Shown one piece after another: positions 39,090 through 48,316 of a stretch of 64,000 nucleotides of DNA. The translations under genes were made by a program, and so were the position numbers. The DNA is from Candidatus Babelota bacterium. GTDB taxonomy: Bacteria; Babelota; Babeliae; Babelales; CAIQNR01. Under the pieces are notes generated by a model, which did not search any database, was not told the origin of the DNA, and saw nothing but the letters and a program-made list of their open reading frames with translations. The first letter of the stretch is position 1. Each line of letters opens with the position of its first letter. The DNA lies in the NCBI GenBank assembly GCA_965658655.1, contig CBFHTA010000002.1, positions 64,001-128,000 on the forward strand. The letters run 5' to 3'.

Positions 39090-39452
39090 ATGTATAAGTA
39101 CTTGTTTGTGTTGTTCTTAATTCCACTGAATATTCTTACGATGGATGATAGTACCCCTGAGTCGCAAAATGAGATCGAGCAGACTGTGCCTTTTCGTAAA
39201 AACAGCATTGCGATAAGGAAACGAAGAGAAGAAAAGGATGCAGAAGATAAAGAATTTCGAAAAAAATGTAATGCTTCAGGGCTAACATCTATGCTAACCT
39301 TAGAAGCTTTAAAAAAGCATGTGGGGCAAAGTCAGAATGATAATGACAACACATTTAACCCATCGATAAAAACTCCTCAAAAACGCGGTGTTTCTTGTGA
39401 AGAGGTTGAGCAAACCAAAAATAAATACCTTTTTTGCTGTGTATTGATTTAA
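39090..39452 (+). CDS. Small exported protein with a C-terminal CaaX-like motif
   Basis: Signal peptide; ends KNKYLFCCVLI*. Confidence 0.75.
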   Translation: MYKYLFVLFLIPLNILTMDDSTPESQNEIEQTVPFRKNSIAIRKRREEKDAEDKEFRKKCNASGLTSMLTLEALKKHVGQSQNDNDNTFNPSIKTPQKRGVSCEEVEQTKNKYLFCCVLI

Positions 39453-39550
39453 TTCTTAATTCTCATTAGTAAAAATCTGACAGGTATTGTTTTTTCTTGT
39501 AGTATTGCAATGATATTGATTTTGAAAACCTCTCTAAGAAAGGGCATACG

Positions 39551-40462
39551 TTGTTAGCAATACTTTTGTTGTACGCGTTGTTTGGTACTACGTTTATTTT
39601 GGGGAAAGAAGCTGTTTCGATTGTCCCCCCAATTTTCTTCATTGGTGTTAGGATGATGCTTGCAAGTATTATTCTTCTAGGGTTCATTAAACTCTGGCAA
39701 CGCGAATCTTTAGCTGTTAAACGTAAAGATGTTCCATGGTTTGTAGGAATTGTGCTCTTTCATATTTACATTGCCTATGTTTTTGAATTTGTAGGAATGC
39801 AGTACCTGACAGGAGGAAAAGCTTGTTTAATGTATAATCTGTCACCTTTTATTACTGCTTTATTTTCGTACATTTTCTTTAGTGAAGTTATGACACTCAG
39901 AAAATGGATAGGTTTAGCTATTGGATTTCTAGCTTTTATCCCAAGCTTAATTTTTCAGACTTCAGCGCAAGAAGCTAGTGCTGGTGGATTTGGATTTATC
40001 TCTTGGGGAGAACTGTTGTTGATCATCTCAGTAGTTTCTGCTTCTGCAGGTTGGATTTTTATGAGAAAGCTTACTCGTGAGCTTGGGTATTCATACTTCT
40101 TTGTGAATACAGTGGGAATGCTTGGAGGGGGTATTTTAGCGTTGGCAACCTCTTATCCGCTTGAAGTGTGGCCTTCTTGTAATAGTTTAATAACCAATTG
40201 GCCATTTTTGTATACACTTTTTGGTCTCATTTTGATTGGAAATATTATTTGCTTTAATTTATACGGTTATCTTTTGGCTAGTTATTCCGCAACCATATTA
40301 TCATTTTTTGGTTTTGTAACACCACTTTTTGCGGCCCTTTTTGGTTGGCTGTGGTTGGGAGAGACTGTTCATTGGACATTTTATGTGACGGTTGCATTGG
40401 TTACATTTGGTCTTTATGAATTTTATCAAGAAGAACTTAAGCAAGGGTATATTCTTAAATAA
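39551..40462 (+). CDS. DMT/EamA transporter 4, chlamydial SAM/SAH transporter-like
   Basis: EFVGMQYL...KACLMYNLSPFITALFSY...; C-terminal FYQEELKQGY. Confidence 0.88.
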   Translation: MLAILLLYALFGTTFILGKEAVSIVPPIFFIGVRMMLASIILLGFIKLWQRESLAVKRKDVPWFVGIVLFHIYIAYVFEFVGMQYLTGGKACLMYNLSPFITALFSYIFFSEVMTLRKWIGLAIGFLAFIPSLIFQTSAQEASAGGFGFISWGELLLIISVVSASAGWIFMRKLTRELGYSYFFVNTVGMLGGGILALATSYPLEVWPSCNSLITNWPFLYTLFGLILIGNIICFNLYGYLLASYSATILSFFGFVTPLFAALFGWLWLGETVHWTFYVTVALVTFGLYEFYQEELKQGYILK

Positions 40463-40480
40463 GTTGTATACACTAAAAAA

Positions 40481-40513
40481 TTACAAAGGGACCCTCTAAA
40501 GGCCCTTTTGTTT
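40481..40513 (+). terminator. Intrinsic terminator
   Basis: caaagggacc...ggcccttttg followed by a T-run. Confidence 0.6.
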
Positions 40514-40676
40514 TGTGCAAATAAACTTGTTTCAATAAAAACGTTTTGCTTTAGGATTTACTTTTTCTAGATAAGGCTTACTGGGGTCTTGATGGAGTTT
40601 GCATTGAATGCGAACTTAAAATAAAGAAATTATTAGTAGCCTTACTGTTGGAACATAATGTTAGACAGATGAGTAA

Positions 40677-41042
40677 TTAACTATCTATGTAATCGGTATA
40701 TTTGTTAGATTTACCTTTGCATTTCTCAACAGGGTATTTTTGAGCAGCGCGTTTTAGTTTAGACAAGAATGCCTGCTCAAGATCTATTCCGGTTGCATTA
40801 CAAAAAGAGAGTATGCCTAGTAATACATCAGCAATTTCGTCTTTTACATCTTGTTCTTTGTCTTTAAAGACTTTTTGATCGTCTTTAGGATTACACCATA
40901 AAAATAGTTCCATTAGTTCTGCTGCTTCAATAGAAATGTTCATGGCTAAATTTTTAGGAGTGTGGAATTGTTCCCAGTCTCGTTCTTGAACAAATTTTTT
41001 AGCTTTTTCTTTAAGTTCTTTTAAAGAGAGGCCTTTACTCAT
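40677..41042 (-). CDS. MazG-like nucleotide pyrophosphohydrolase (dCTPase-like)
   Basis: ERDWEQFHTPKNLA...EAAELMELFLW, DEIADV, KYPV. Confidence 0.92.
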   Translation of the reverse strand: MSKGLSLKELKEKAKKFVQERDWEQFHTPKNLAMNISIEAAELMELFLWCNPKDDQKVFKDKEQDVKDEIADVLLGILSFCNATGIDLEQAFLSKLKRAAQKYPVEKCKGKSNKYTDYIDS

Positions 41043-41127
41043 GTTTTTGTTTCTTTCTTTTTTACAAATAAGCCCAAACTACGTATAATGATAGCAAATT
41101 GTTTGGATTTACTCAAAGAGATGCATT

Positions 41128-42546
41128 ATGAGCGCAAAGCTACCAGATATTAAAACTAAATTTCCTGAATGGTATCAAGAAGTTGTACGTCAAGCTGAAC
41201 TAGCAGATCAATCGCCAGTTCGTGGTTGTATTGTTATTCGACCATATGGTACAGCAATTTGGGAACACCTTACTTCTATCGTTGATGGAAAAATGAAATC
41301 ATCTGGTTATCAAAACGCTTTGTTTCCAATGCTTCTTCCAGAATCTTTTCTAAAAAAAGAAGCCGATCACGTAGAAGGCTTTGCTCCAGAGCTTGCAGTG
41401 GTAACTCATGCAGGAGATAAAAAATTAGCTGAACCCTTAGTGGTTCGACCAACATCAGAAACCATGATTCACTCGATGTTTGCAAAGTGGATAAATTCAT
41501 GGAGAGATCTTCCTTTGAAAATTAACCAGTGGGGAAGTGTAATGCGTTGGGAAATGCGACCAAGGGCTTTCTTGAGAACTTCTGAGTTTTATTGGCATGA
41601 AGGACATTCAGCGCACAATTCTCAAGAAGATGCTCAAAAAGAAGTAGATTCTATGGTAAAGCATTTTGAAGATATTGCGCGTAACTACCTTGCAATTCCT
41701 GTTGTAACAGGTAAAAAATCTAAGGGAGAAACATTCCCGGGCGCTGATGCTACCTATACTTACGAAGGTTTTATGCAAGATGCAAAAGCTCTTCAGATGG
41801 GTACATCTCATATGCTTTCTCAAAGTTTTTCTAAAGCATTTGAAATTCAGTATCAAAACAAAGAAGGCGATCTTGAAATGCCTTGGCTCACAAGTACTTG
41901 TGCTGCAACCACACGTTTGATCGGCGCAGTTATCATGAGCCATGGAGATGAGAAAGGTTTAATTCTACCTCCAAAGATAGCACCGATTCAAGCAGTTATT
42001 ATTCCTATCTTCAGGAAAGACGAAGAGCGGGAAGCTGTTCTTGATGCTGCCTATAAAATTAAAAATGACCTTAAAGGTATTGTTCGCGTTCATATTGACT
42101 CTGATGAGCAGAAAAAACCTGGTAGCAAGTTCTTCCATTGGGAAATGAAAGGGGTGCCGCTACGTTTAGAAATTGGGCCTCGAGACTTAGAAAAAGAACA
42201 TGCCATGGTGGCAGATCGATTGGGGTTAGCCAAAGAACCAGTTCTTTTTGCAGATATAACACGCGTATTGCCAGAAAAACTCGAAGCGTTTCAGAAAGCA
42301 TTATATGATCGAGCAAAGGAGCGTTTAGACTCACAATGGGTTGTTAAAGAAAAACTTGAAGACATTGTGAAAGTTTCAGAATCTTCTGTTGTTCAAACAG
42401 GGTTCTGCGGATCTGACGAATGTGAAAAACTACTTAAACCCAAAAAGTTATCTATCCGATGTATTACGTCTGATAATACTTTAAGTAGTTGTTTTGGTTG
42501 TGACCAGAGCAATAGTGCTGATGTAGTAGTCGCGCGTTCGTATTAA
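41128..42546 (+). CDS. proS: Proline-tRNA ligase (archaeal/eukaryotic type)
   Basis: FLKKEADHVEGFAPE, RPTSET, FLRTSEFYWHEGH, ends ARSY. Confidence 0.97.
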   Translation: MSAKLPDIKTKFPEWYQEVVRQAELADQSPVRGCIVIRPYGTAIWEHLTSIVDGKMKSSGYQNALFPMLLPESFLKKEADHVEGFAPELAVVTHAGDKKLAEPLVVRPTSETMIHSMFAKWINSWRDLPLKINQWGSVMRWEMRPRAFLRTSEFYWHEGHSAHNSQEDAQKEVDSMVKHFEDIARNYLAIPVVTGKKSKGETFPGADATYTYEGFMQDAKALQMGTSHMLSQSFSKAFEIQYQNKEGDLEMPWLTSTCAATTRLIGAVIMSHGDEKGLILPPKIAPIQAVIIPIFRKDEEREAVLDAAYKIKNDLKGIVRVHIDSDEQKKPGSKFFHWEMKGVPLRLEIGPRDLEKEHAMVADRLGLAKEPVLFADITRVLPEKLEAFQKALYDRAKERLDSQWVVKEKLEDIVKVSESSVVQTGFCGSDECEKLLKPKKLSIRCITSDNTLSSCFGCDQSNSADVVVARSY

Positions 42547-42619
42547 TATAAATTATTCTTGAGAGTAGAAAGTTTCCATAATATACATGTATAGCACAAC
42601 AACGAGAGGAAGGTTTGCT

Positions 42620-43069
42620 ATGGTCAAAGTAGGTGAGCATATTACGTTAGATATTGTTGGGACAACAAAAGAATACGATATTGCTTTTTACGAAAGATTG
42701 GTTCATGAAATTGCTAAAGAAGCAAAGGTAGAAGTTCTAAAGATTTCTAGTCATAAGTTTGAACCTCAAGGATCAACAACTTTAGCTTTATTAGCTGAAA
42801 GCCATATTAGCTTTCATACGTTTCCAGAGCATGGAGTTATAAGTTTTGATTTTTTTACTTGTGGAAAAGTTCATCCACGCATTGCAGAAGATATTATTAA
42901 AAAAGAAATTGAACATACTCGGATTGTAAAAAAAGAATTTGATAGAGATACGCAAGGTGCCAGCTGGTATTACAATGTAAATCCTTCTGGGATAATGATA
43001 ATGATGGTAATGGCACTATTAACAAAAAAGCTTTTTGATACAGGATTACACAAAAGGATTTTTGGTTAA
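42620..43069 (+). CDS. speD: S-adenosylmethionine decarboxylase proenzyme with a hydrophobic C-terminal extension
   Basis: HKFEPQG, LLAESHISFHTFPE (E/S autocleavage site), DFFTCG; start MVKVGEH after GAGGA. Confidence 0.92.
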   Translation: MVKVGEHITLDIVGTTKEYDIAFYERLVHEIAKEAKVEVLKISSHKFEPQGSTTLALLAESHISFHTFPEHGVISFDFFTCGKVHPRIAEDIIKKEIEHTRIVKKEFDRDTQGASWYYNVNPSGIMIMMVMALLTKKLFDTGLHKRIFG

Positions 43070-43196
43070 ATTAGAATTTGGAATACCATTTTAGATGGGG
43101 TATATATCCCCAGTTGTGATTACCATTGAAATTTTGCTTCTGCTTAATATGAAACACTATAATTAATACTTTAAAATTAATCATAAGGACATCTAC

Positions 43197-43973
43197 ATGA
43201 AAAATAAATTATTACTCTCTTTATTGATGCCAATGTTACTTTGCAGCCAGAACTTGCATAAAACCTTCCTCTACCCCAGTTTGACTGGTTCTGAAGGTCT
43301 TGTTAAGCATTATGTTGTTGAAGAAGTTTTGAAAGATTTTACTTCAAAGATGGGCCAGCATGTTCAAATCTTTAAACTAAAGGAATTTGGAAAAGCTTTA
43401 TTCATAGATGGTGATATACAAGTTTCCACTAAAGATGAGTACCTTTATAGTTCTACTTTTGTACGTTCAAGTTTAAAACTAAGTGAAGTAAAAGATAAAG
43501 TTGCTATTATTGGTGGCGGAGATGGCGGAGTTGCGCGAGAATGTCTTGCACAAGGGTGTGGTTCTATAGATTGGTATGATTTAGATAAAGAAGTTGTTGA
43601 AGTATCGAGTAAGTATTTAAGCACGATTGGAAACAGCGTTCTTGAAAGCGACAAGGTAAAAGGTATTTGGGGAGATGCTTTTGAGAATATTAAAGCAGTT
43701 ACCGATAATACTTATGATAAAATATTTATAGATCTTACAGATGATCAGTTTTGTGTTGATTTAACAATAAAAAATATAGATGAATTAAAAAGAATTCTTA
43801 AACCAGATGGTGTGGTAACAGTTCAAGCAAGCAGTAAAGATACCAATCCTACACAAGTAGAAATGTGGACAAAGGCCTTTCATAAAGCATTTGGAAATAC
43901 AAGCTTAGATGAAGTGTATATCCCAAGTTTTGACTGTGCTTGGAATTTTTTATCTTCCACCTATACTCAATAA
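43197..43973 (+). CDS. speE: Spermidine synthase (aminopropyltransferase) with a signal-peptide-like N-terminus
   Basis: FGKALFIDGDIQ, IIGGGDGGVARE, DLDKEVV, GDAF, YIPSF. Confidence 0.9.
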   Translation: MKNKLLLSLLMPMLLCSQNLHKTFLYPSLTGSEGLVKHYVVEEVLKDFTSKMGQHVQIFKLKEFGKALFIDGDIQVSTKDEYLYSSTFVRSSLKLSEVKDKVAIIGGGDGGVARECLAQGCGSIDWYDLDKEVVEVSSKYLSTIGNSVLESDKVKGIWGDAFENIKAVTDNTYDKIFIDLTDDQFCVDLTIKNIDELKRILKPDGVVTVQASSKDTNPTQVEMWTKAFHKAFGNTSLDEVYIPSFDCAWNFLSSTYTQ

Positions 43974-44160
43974 TAAAATCTTCATAAGGGACAGAAGAAT
44001 GCTATGTAGGGTGCTATTGATAGTAGGTTTTTTAATGGTTCCAAAAGAAATCTATAGAATTTACTGCTGAGGAAGAAGCGAAGTTGAGTAGCTCAAGTGA
44101 CGAAGAGTTAACTGGTGCAGAGTAAAATGGGATGGTAGCATAAGATAAAAAGGGTAAGTC

Positions 44161-45072
44161 GTGAAGAATCAGGATTATGCAACAAAATTTGAAAGCTATT
44201 TGTTAACAGAGAAGCGTGTAGCAAAAAATACATTTGATGCTTACAGAAGAGATCTAGAGCAATTCTTCACGTTTTTAACAGAAAAAAAACTTCTCATTAA
44301 AAAAGTAGCATTAAAAGACCTCAAGTCGTATTTAGGTTATTTGAATAAAGAAGGAATTGGTGCACGAAGTGCTGCAAGGAAGATATCAACACTTAAAGCA
44401 TTCTACCTTTATTTATCGGAACACTACGAGTTGAAAAACATTGCTATAGAGCTTACTACACCACGACTAGACAAAAAACTTCCAAAACACCTAAAAGAAA
44501 AAGAAGTAGAGAATCTTTTAGCAGCTGCGAAAGATGATGATTCTAATAACGGTGTCCGCAATTGTACCATGCTCTATTTACTCTATGTAACAGGTATGCG
44601 GATTAGCGAATTGGTTAATTTAACTGTTTCCAGTATCGATTTTTCTTCTGGGTTTGTAACTGTTCCAGGAAAAGGTGGAAAAGAACGTATGGTGCCACTT
44701 CCACATCATATGTCTGAATTAATTAAGAGTTATCTAAAAACAATCTACCCTAATCTCTTAACGAAAAAAAACACTACCTTAAAAACTGATTATCTATTTC
44801 CTACATTCTACGGAGGAAAACTTAAACCAATGTCTCGGCAAATGTTTTGGATTTATCTAAAGTCAGTCGCAGAACAGGCGGGTATTAGTACAGAGCTTTC
44901 TCCCCACAAATTACGTCATTCGCTGGCTACACATTTATTGAAAAAGGGTGCAAATCTACGGTCGCTTCAAATGCTGTTAGGGCACGAACAGTTAACTACG
45001 GTTCAAATTTATACCCATGTTGAAACGGAACATTTACGAAAAATATATGATAAGAAGCATCCTCGATCATGA
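44161..45072 (+). CDS. xerD: Tyrosine recombinase XerD (XerC/D family)
   Basis: LYVTGMRISEL, GKGGKERMVP, SPHKLRHSLATHLL, LLGH...TVQIYTHV. Confidence 0.9.
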   Translation: MKNQDYATKFESYLLTEKRVAKNTFDAYRRDLEQFFTFLTEKKLLIKKVALKDLKSYLGYLNKEGIGARSAARKISTLKAFYLYLSEHYELKNIAIELTTPRLDKKLPKHLKEKEVENLLAAAKDDDSNNGVRNCTMLYLLYVTGMRISELVNLTVSSIDFSSGFVTVPGKGGKERMVPLPHHMSELIKSYLKTIYPNLLTKKNTTLKTDYLFPTFYGGKLKPMSRQMFWIYLKSVAEQAGISTELSPHKLRHSLATHLLKKGANLRSLQMLLGHEQLTTVQIYTHVETEHLRKIYDKKHPRS

Positions 45073-45680
45073 AAAAACATTTTTTACTTTTTTTGTTCTG
45101 TGGTTCATTGTCGGCAGCTACGTTAAAAATACCTGATTTCTCTCCTAAGAATATTGAGGGGATACAAAATTATTTAAAAGTACATCCTGGAGATCTCACG
45201 ATTAAGATTGAGGGACCAAAAACTATTTTTCAAACGATAGTTGGATATAGCGAAGTAATACTGGGAAAAGCAGACTCAACTGCTGGAACAATGAACGATC
45301 TAGGGCTATTAAAGCCTATTTTAAAAACGATAGTTGGGGGAACCGCTGCATCATATGGAGCTGGTTTTTATTTAATTTATCGTGCTTATAAATTGTTGCG
45401 TGTAGTTGGATCATGGACGTTTGCAGCTAGCAAGCAAAATGAAGAAGAAATGGTACTCTATATTCGCAAAACACAAACAAAAAAACTACAAAAAAAGTCT
45501 TTGCAAGAAATCAAAGAAGAAAAAGATACTTTGGCACAGTATTTAAAATTACATACATACTTATGTCGATGGAAAATTCGCAGATTATTCTTGTATGATC
45601 GAGCCACACACAGATCTATTGTAGAAAGTTATCAACGATTATGTTCAGTAGAAAGTAAGTTGTGCAAAAAGGAGAAATGA
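45069..45680 (+). CDS. Hypothetical exported/membrane protein
   Basis: Signal peptide plus internal TM; overlaps the xerD stop (ATGA). Confidence 0.7.
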   Translation: MKKHFLLFLFCGSLSAATLKIPDFSPKNIEGIQNYLKVHPGDLTIKIEGPKTIFQTIVGYSEVILGKADSTAGTMNDLGLLKPILKTIVGGTAASYGAGFYLIYRAYKLLRVVGSWTFAASKQNEEEMVLYIRKTQTKKLQKKSLQEIKEEKDTLAQYLKLHTYLCRWKIRRLFLYDRATHRSIVESYQRLCSVESKLCKKEK

Positions 45681-45757
45681 TTTTTTGCAAAACAAGAGTA
45701 ACTGTATTATAGTTTTTAATTAAAATAACGTGTGTATCATACTATAAGGTCTATAAG

Positions 45758-46885
45758 ATGGCAGAAAAATTTGTAGTCGAACAGAAGCCGTTGCTTTCTA
45801 TTCTTTCTTCAATGCAGCCCATTTGTTCAAAGCGTACAACACTTGATGCTACAACCAGCATTTTCTTTAGTGTTGGGCCCAAAGAGCTTGTGTTAAAGAG
45901 TACTGATCTTGAAGTGAGCTTGCAATCAAGCTACGGACTTAAAGAGTGTACCCTGCGTGAAACAAAGTTGTTTCTAGTGAGCGGAAAGCGTCTGTTTGAT
46001 ATTGTAAAAGAATTAGAAAACGATATTACTTTTACTATTACTAAGAGCCAACTTGCCCTTACTTCTGGTACAGTACATCTGGCTCTTAATATTAAAGATG
46101 CGCAAGAGTTTCCTCCATTTCCAGAACGTATTGAAAATCTTATGCAGATGGAAGCGGCTTTTGTGTTAACGTTGCTAGACAAAGTAGCGTTCTTAATTCC
46201 ACAAAACAATGCGAATCCTGCATTGAACGGTCTCTATTTTGAGTTAACTAAAGAGTGTTTAACGCTAACAACCACCGATGGTCACTGCTTAGCGCAAATA
46301 AAAACACCTAAGTATAAACTAGAAAAACCACAAAGCTGGTTGTTGCCTCGTAGAGCTATCTTAGAATTGAAGAAAATTCTTGAAGGTTCTACAGAAGAAC
46401 ATGTTTTCTTGGGTACCTGTGGTAACCAATTAGTATTCTCTGGTGAGTCATTCAATTTCTTTACCAAATTGCTTTCAACAAAATTTCCTGAATACAAAAC
46501 TATTCTTAACAGAAACGGCTTTGTTCCTGCGCAAATCGACAGAAGCAGTTTGGTAAAAACATTACGTCGTTCTGCATGTTTACTTTCCGGTCAGTTTATT
46601 GCAACTGAATTTGGATTTAAACCAGATAATGTAGATGTGTCTATGACCAATAAAGAAGTAGGTAACCTCAATGAGAAGATTACATTGGGAGAATTTACTG
46701 GGGATGCACTTGACCTGCGTTTCTATGCTCCTTATTTGTTAAGTGGCTTACATGCATTTTCAGATGAAAAGCTTACCTTCTATTTAAGCAATGCAGCAAA
46801 ACCTATAATTTTTGAAACTGAAGAAAAAGAAAAATTCAATCTTACCTATTTGGTGATGCCGGTTTCTGCTAACGCAAATCGATGA
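45758..46885 (+). CDS. dnaN: DNA polymerase III beta clamp
   Basis: STDLEV, EFPPFP, TTDGHCLA, KFPEY, YLVMPV. Confidence 0.95.
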   Translation: MAEKFVVEQKPLLSILSSMQPICSKRTTLDATTSIFFSVGPKELVLKSTDLEVSLQSSYGLKECTLRETKLFLVSGKRLFDIVKELENDITFTITKSQLALTSGTVHLALNIKDAQEFPPFPERIENLMQMEAAFVLTLLDKVAFLIPQNNANPALNGLYFELTKECLTLTTTDGHCLAQIKTPKYKLEKPQSWLLPRRAILELKKILEGSTEEHVFLGTCGNQLVFSGESFNFFTKLLSTKFPEYKTILNRNGFVPAQIDRSSLVKTLRRSACLLSGQFIATEFGFKPDNVDVSMTNKEVGNLNEKITLGEFTGDALDLRFYAPYLLSGLHAFSDEKLTFYLSNAAKPIIFETEEKEKFNLTYLVMPVSANANR

Positions 46886-47955
46886 CGGTTTGTATACAGC
46901 GCTTACAGGTTAAGAATTTTAGATGTTTCCCTTCTCAGACAATAAACCTTGATGCTCCAGTTGTTGTTATTCAAGGAGCTAACGGGTCGGGGAAAACATC
47001 TCTTTTAGAAGCGCTTCATTATGCCTGTTATCTTAAATCTTTTAGAACCCATATTCCTCGCGATCTTATTGCATTTGAAGAAAACAATTTTTTTATCAAT
47101 GCAATATGTCGTGATCATTCTATTACGGTAGGCGCAAGCAGAGGGAAAAAGCAGGTAAAGGTCGATCAAAAAACGATAACATCTTACAAGCAATTGCGAG
47201 AATATTATCGCGTGATAACTGTTACTGAAGATGATCTTGCCCTGGTAAAAGGGAGCCCTGATAAAAGGCGATCATTCCTAGACTATGCATTGTTATTGTT
47301 AGAGTCCTCTGTTTCTAACGTTTATAGACAATATAAGCAAGTACTTGAACAAAGAAATGCTTTACTACAACGCCCACATCATTCTCGAGAGGAATTTCTA
47401 ATTTGGACACGCAAAACCTGGGAGCTTTCGATCGAGATTCAGAGACATAGAGAAAATTATCTATCAGGGTTGGTACAAGAAGTACAAGTACTTTGTGATA
47501 AATATTGGCCAGATAAGGCATATGGTCTAGAGTACTCGAGAAGAGAAATAGTGGCAGGGGAAAAGTTTGAGGCCTTTATAGAACGAAATGATGCATTGTT
47601 TGAGAAAGAGAGACGCTACGGACGATCGCTTTTTGGGGCTCACCTAGATGATATAAGTATTCTCTTAAACAAGAAAAAAGCACGCCTTTTCTCTTCTCGA
47701 GGGCAGCAAAAACTTATTGTCTTGCTTCTTAAAATTGCTCAGGTTCGTCACCTTATAGACCTGCATGGCACAGATCACACTCTTTTCCTTATTGATGACT
47801 TTATGACCGATTTTGACAACCAAGTATTAAAGACTTTAATGTCGGCTAGCTTAGAATTGAAAGTACAGGTTATCTTTGCCTCTCCTATTCAAGAAGGCCC
47901 TGAGGTTATCTTTTTAGACAAACATGCCATTTCGAGCTTAAAAGTTTCTATATGA
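46882..47955 (+). CDS. recF: DNA replication/repair protein RecF
   Basis: NFR, GANGSGKTSLLEA, KSFR, SRGQQK, LIDD. Confidence 0.93.
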   Translation: MTVCIQRLQVKNFRCFPSQTINLDAPVVVIQGANGSGKTSLLEALHYACYLKSFRTHIPRDLIAFEENNFFINAICRDHSITVGASRGKKQVKVDQKTITSYKQLREYYRVITVTEDDLALVKGSPDKRRSFLDYALLLLESSVSNVYRQYKQVLEQRNALLQRPHHSREEFLIWTRKTWELSIEIQRHRENYLSGLVQEVQVLCDKYWPDKAYGLEYSRREIVAGEKFEAFIERNDALFEKERRYGRSLFGAHLDDISILLNKKKARLFSSRGQQKLIVLLLKIAQVRHLIDLHGTDHTLFLIDDFMTDFDNQVLKTLMSASLELKVQVIFASPIQEGPEVIFLDKHAISSLKVSI

Positions 47956-48185
47956 AACAAATCCTTTAGTTTAGCGGGTTATTTTAGTAGCCACTCATTT
48001 GACAATAGTAAACTTATTGATTACAGTATGAAGGGAGTTATGCGAAAGAGTGGCTTAAATAGGCTTCTCTCTTAAATATTTAAATTTGACATTTTTATGT
48101 TTTTTCAGCAAGCTTAACTCATGTGTTTTTTGTCTCAAAGATAAAAGGCACTCTTTTAATAAGGCTTCATTACTACTCTCCTTTT

Positions 48186-48226
48186 TTCCATCGCATTGAT
48201 TTCGGTCAATGCGGTGGAATTTTTTT
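48186..48226 (+). terminator. Strong intrinsic terminator in the recF-protease intergenic region
   Basis: ttccatcgcattga-tttcgg-tcaatgcggtggaa followed by T7. Confidence 0.8.
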
Positions 48227-48316
48227 GCTTATAAATGAGTAATACTGTTGCGCGAAATATAGTGTTTTCTTTATGTTCATGATAGCTTAATGTCATTATA
48301 TTTAGAGGAAACATTA

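Noticed and set aside
44161..45072. Prophage or island integrase
   Set aside because: Size and motifs fit chromosomal XerD; no phage genes or att repeats; dif is nearby
45680..48290. oriC near dnaN-recF
   Set aside because: No dnaA or gyrB, no TTATCCACA boxes noticed, and gene convergence plus dif indicate the terminus
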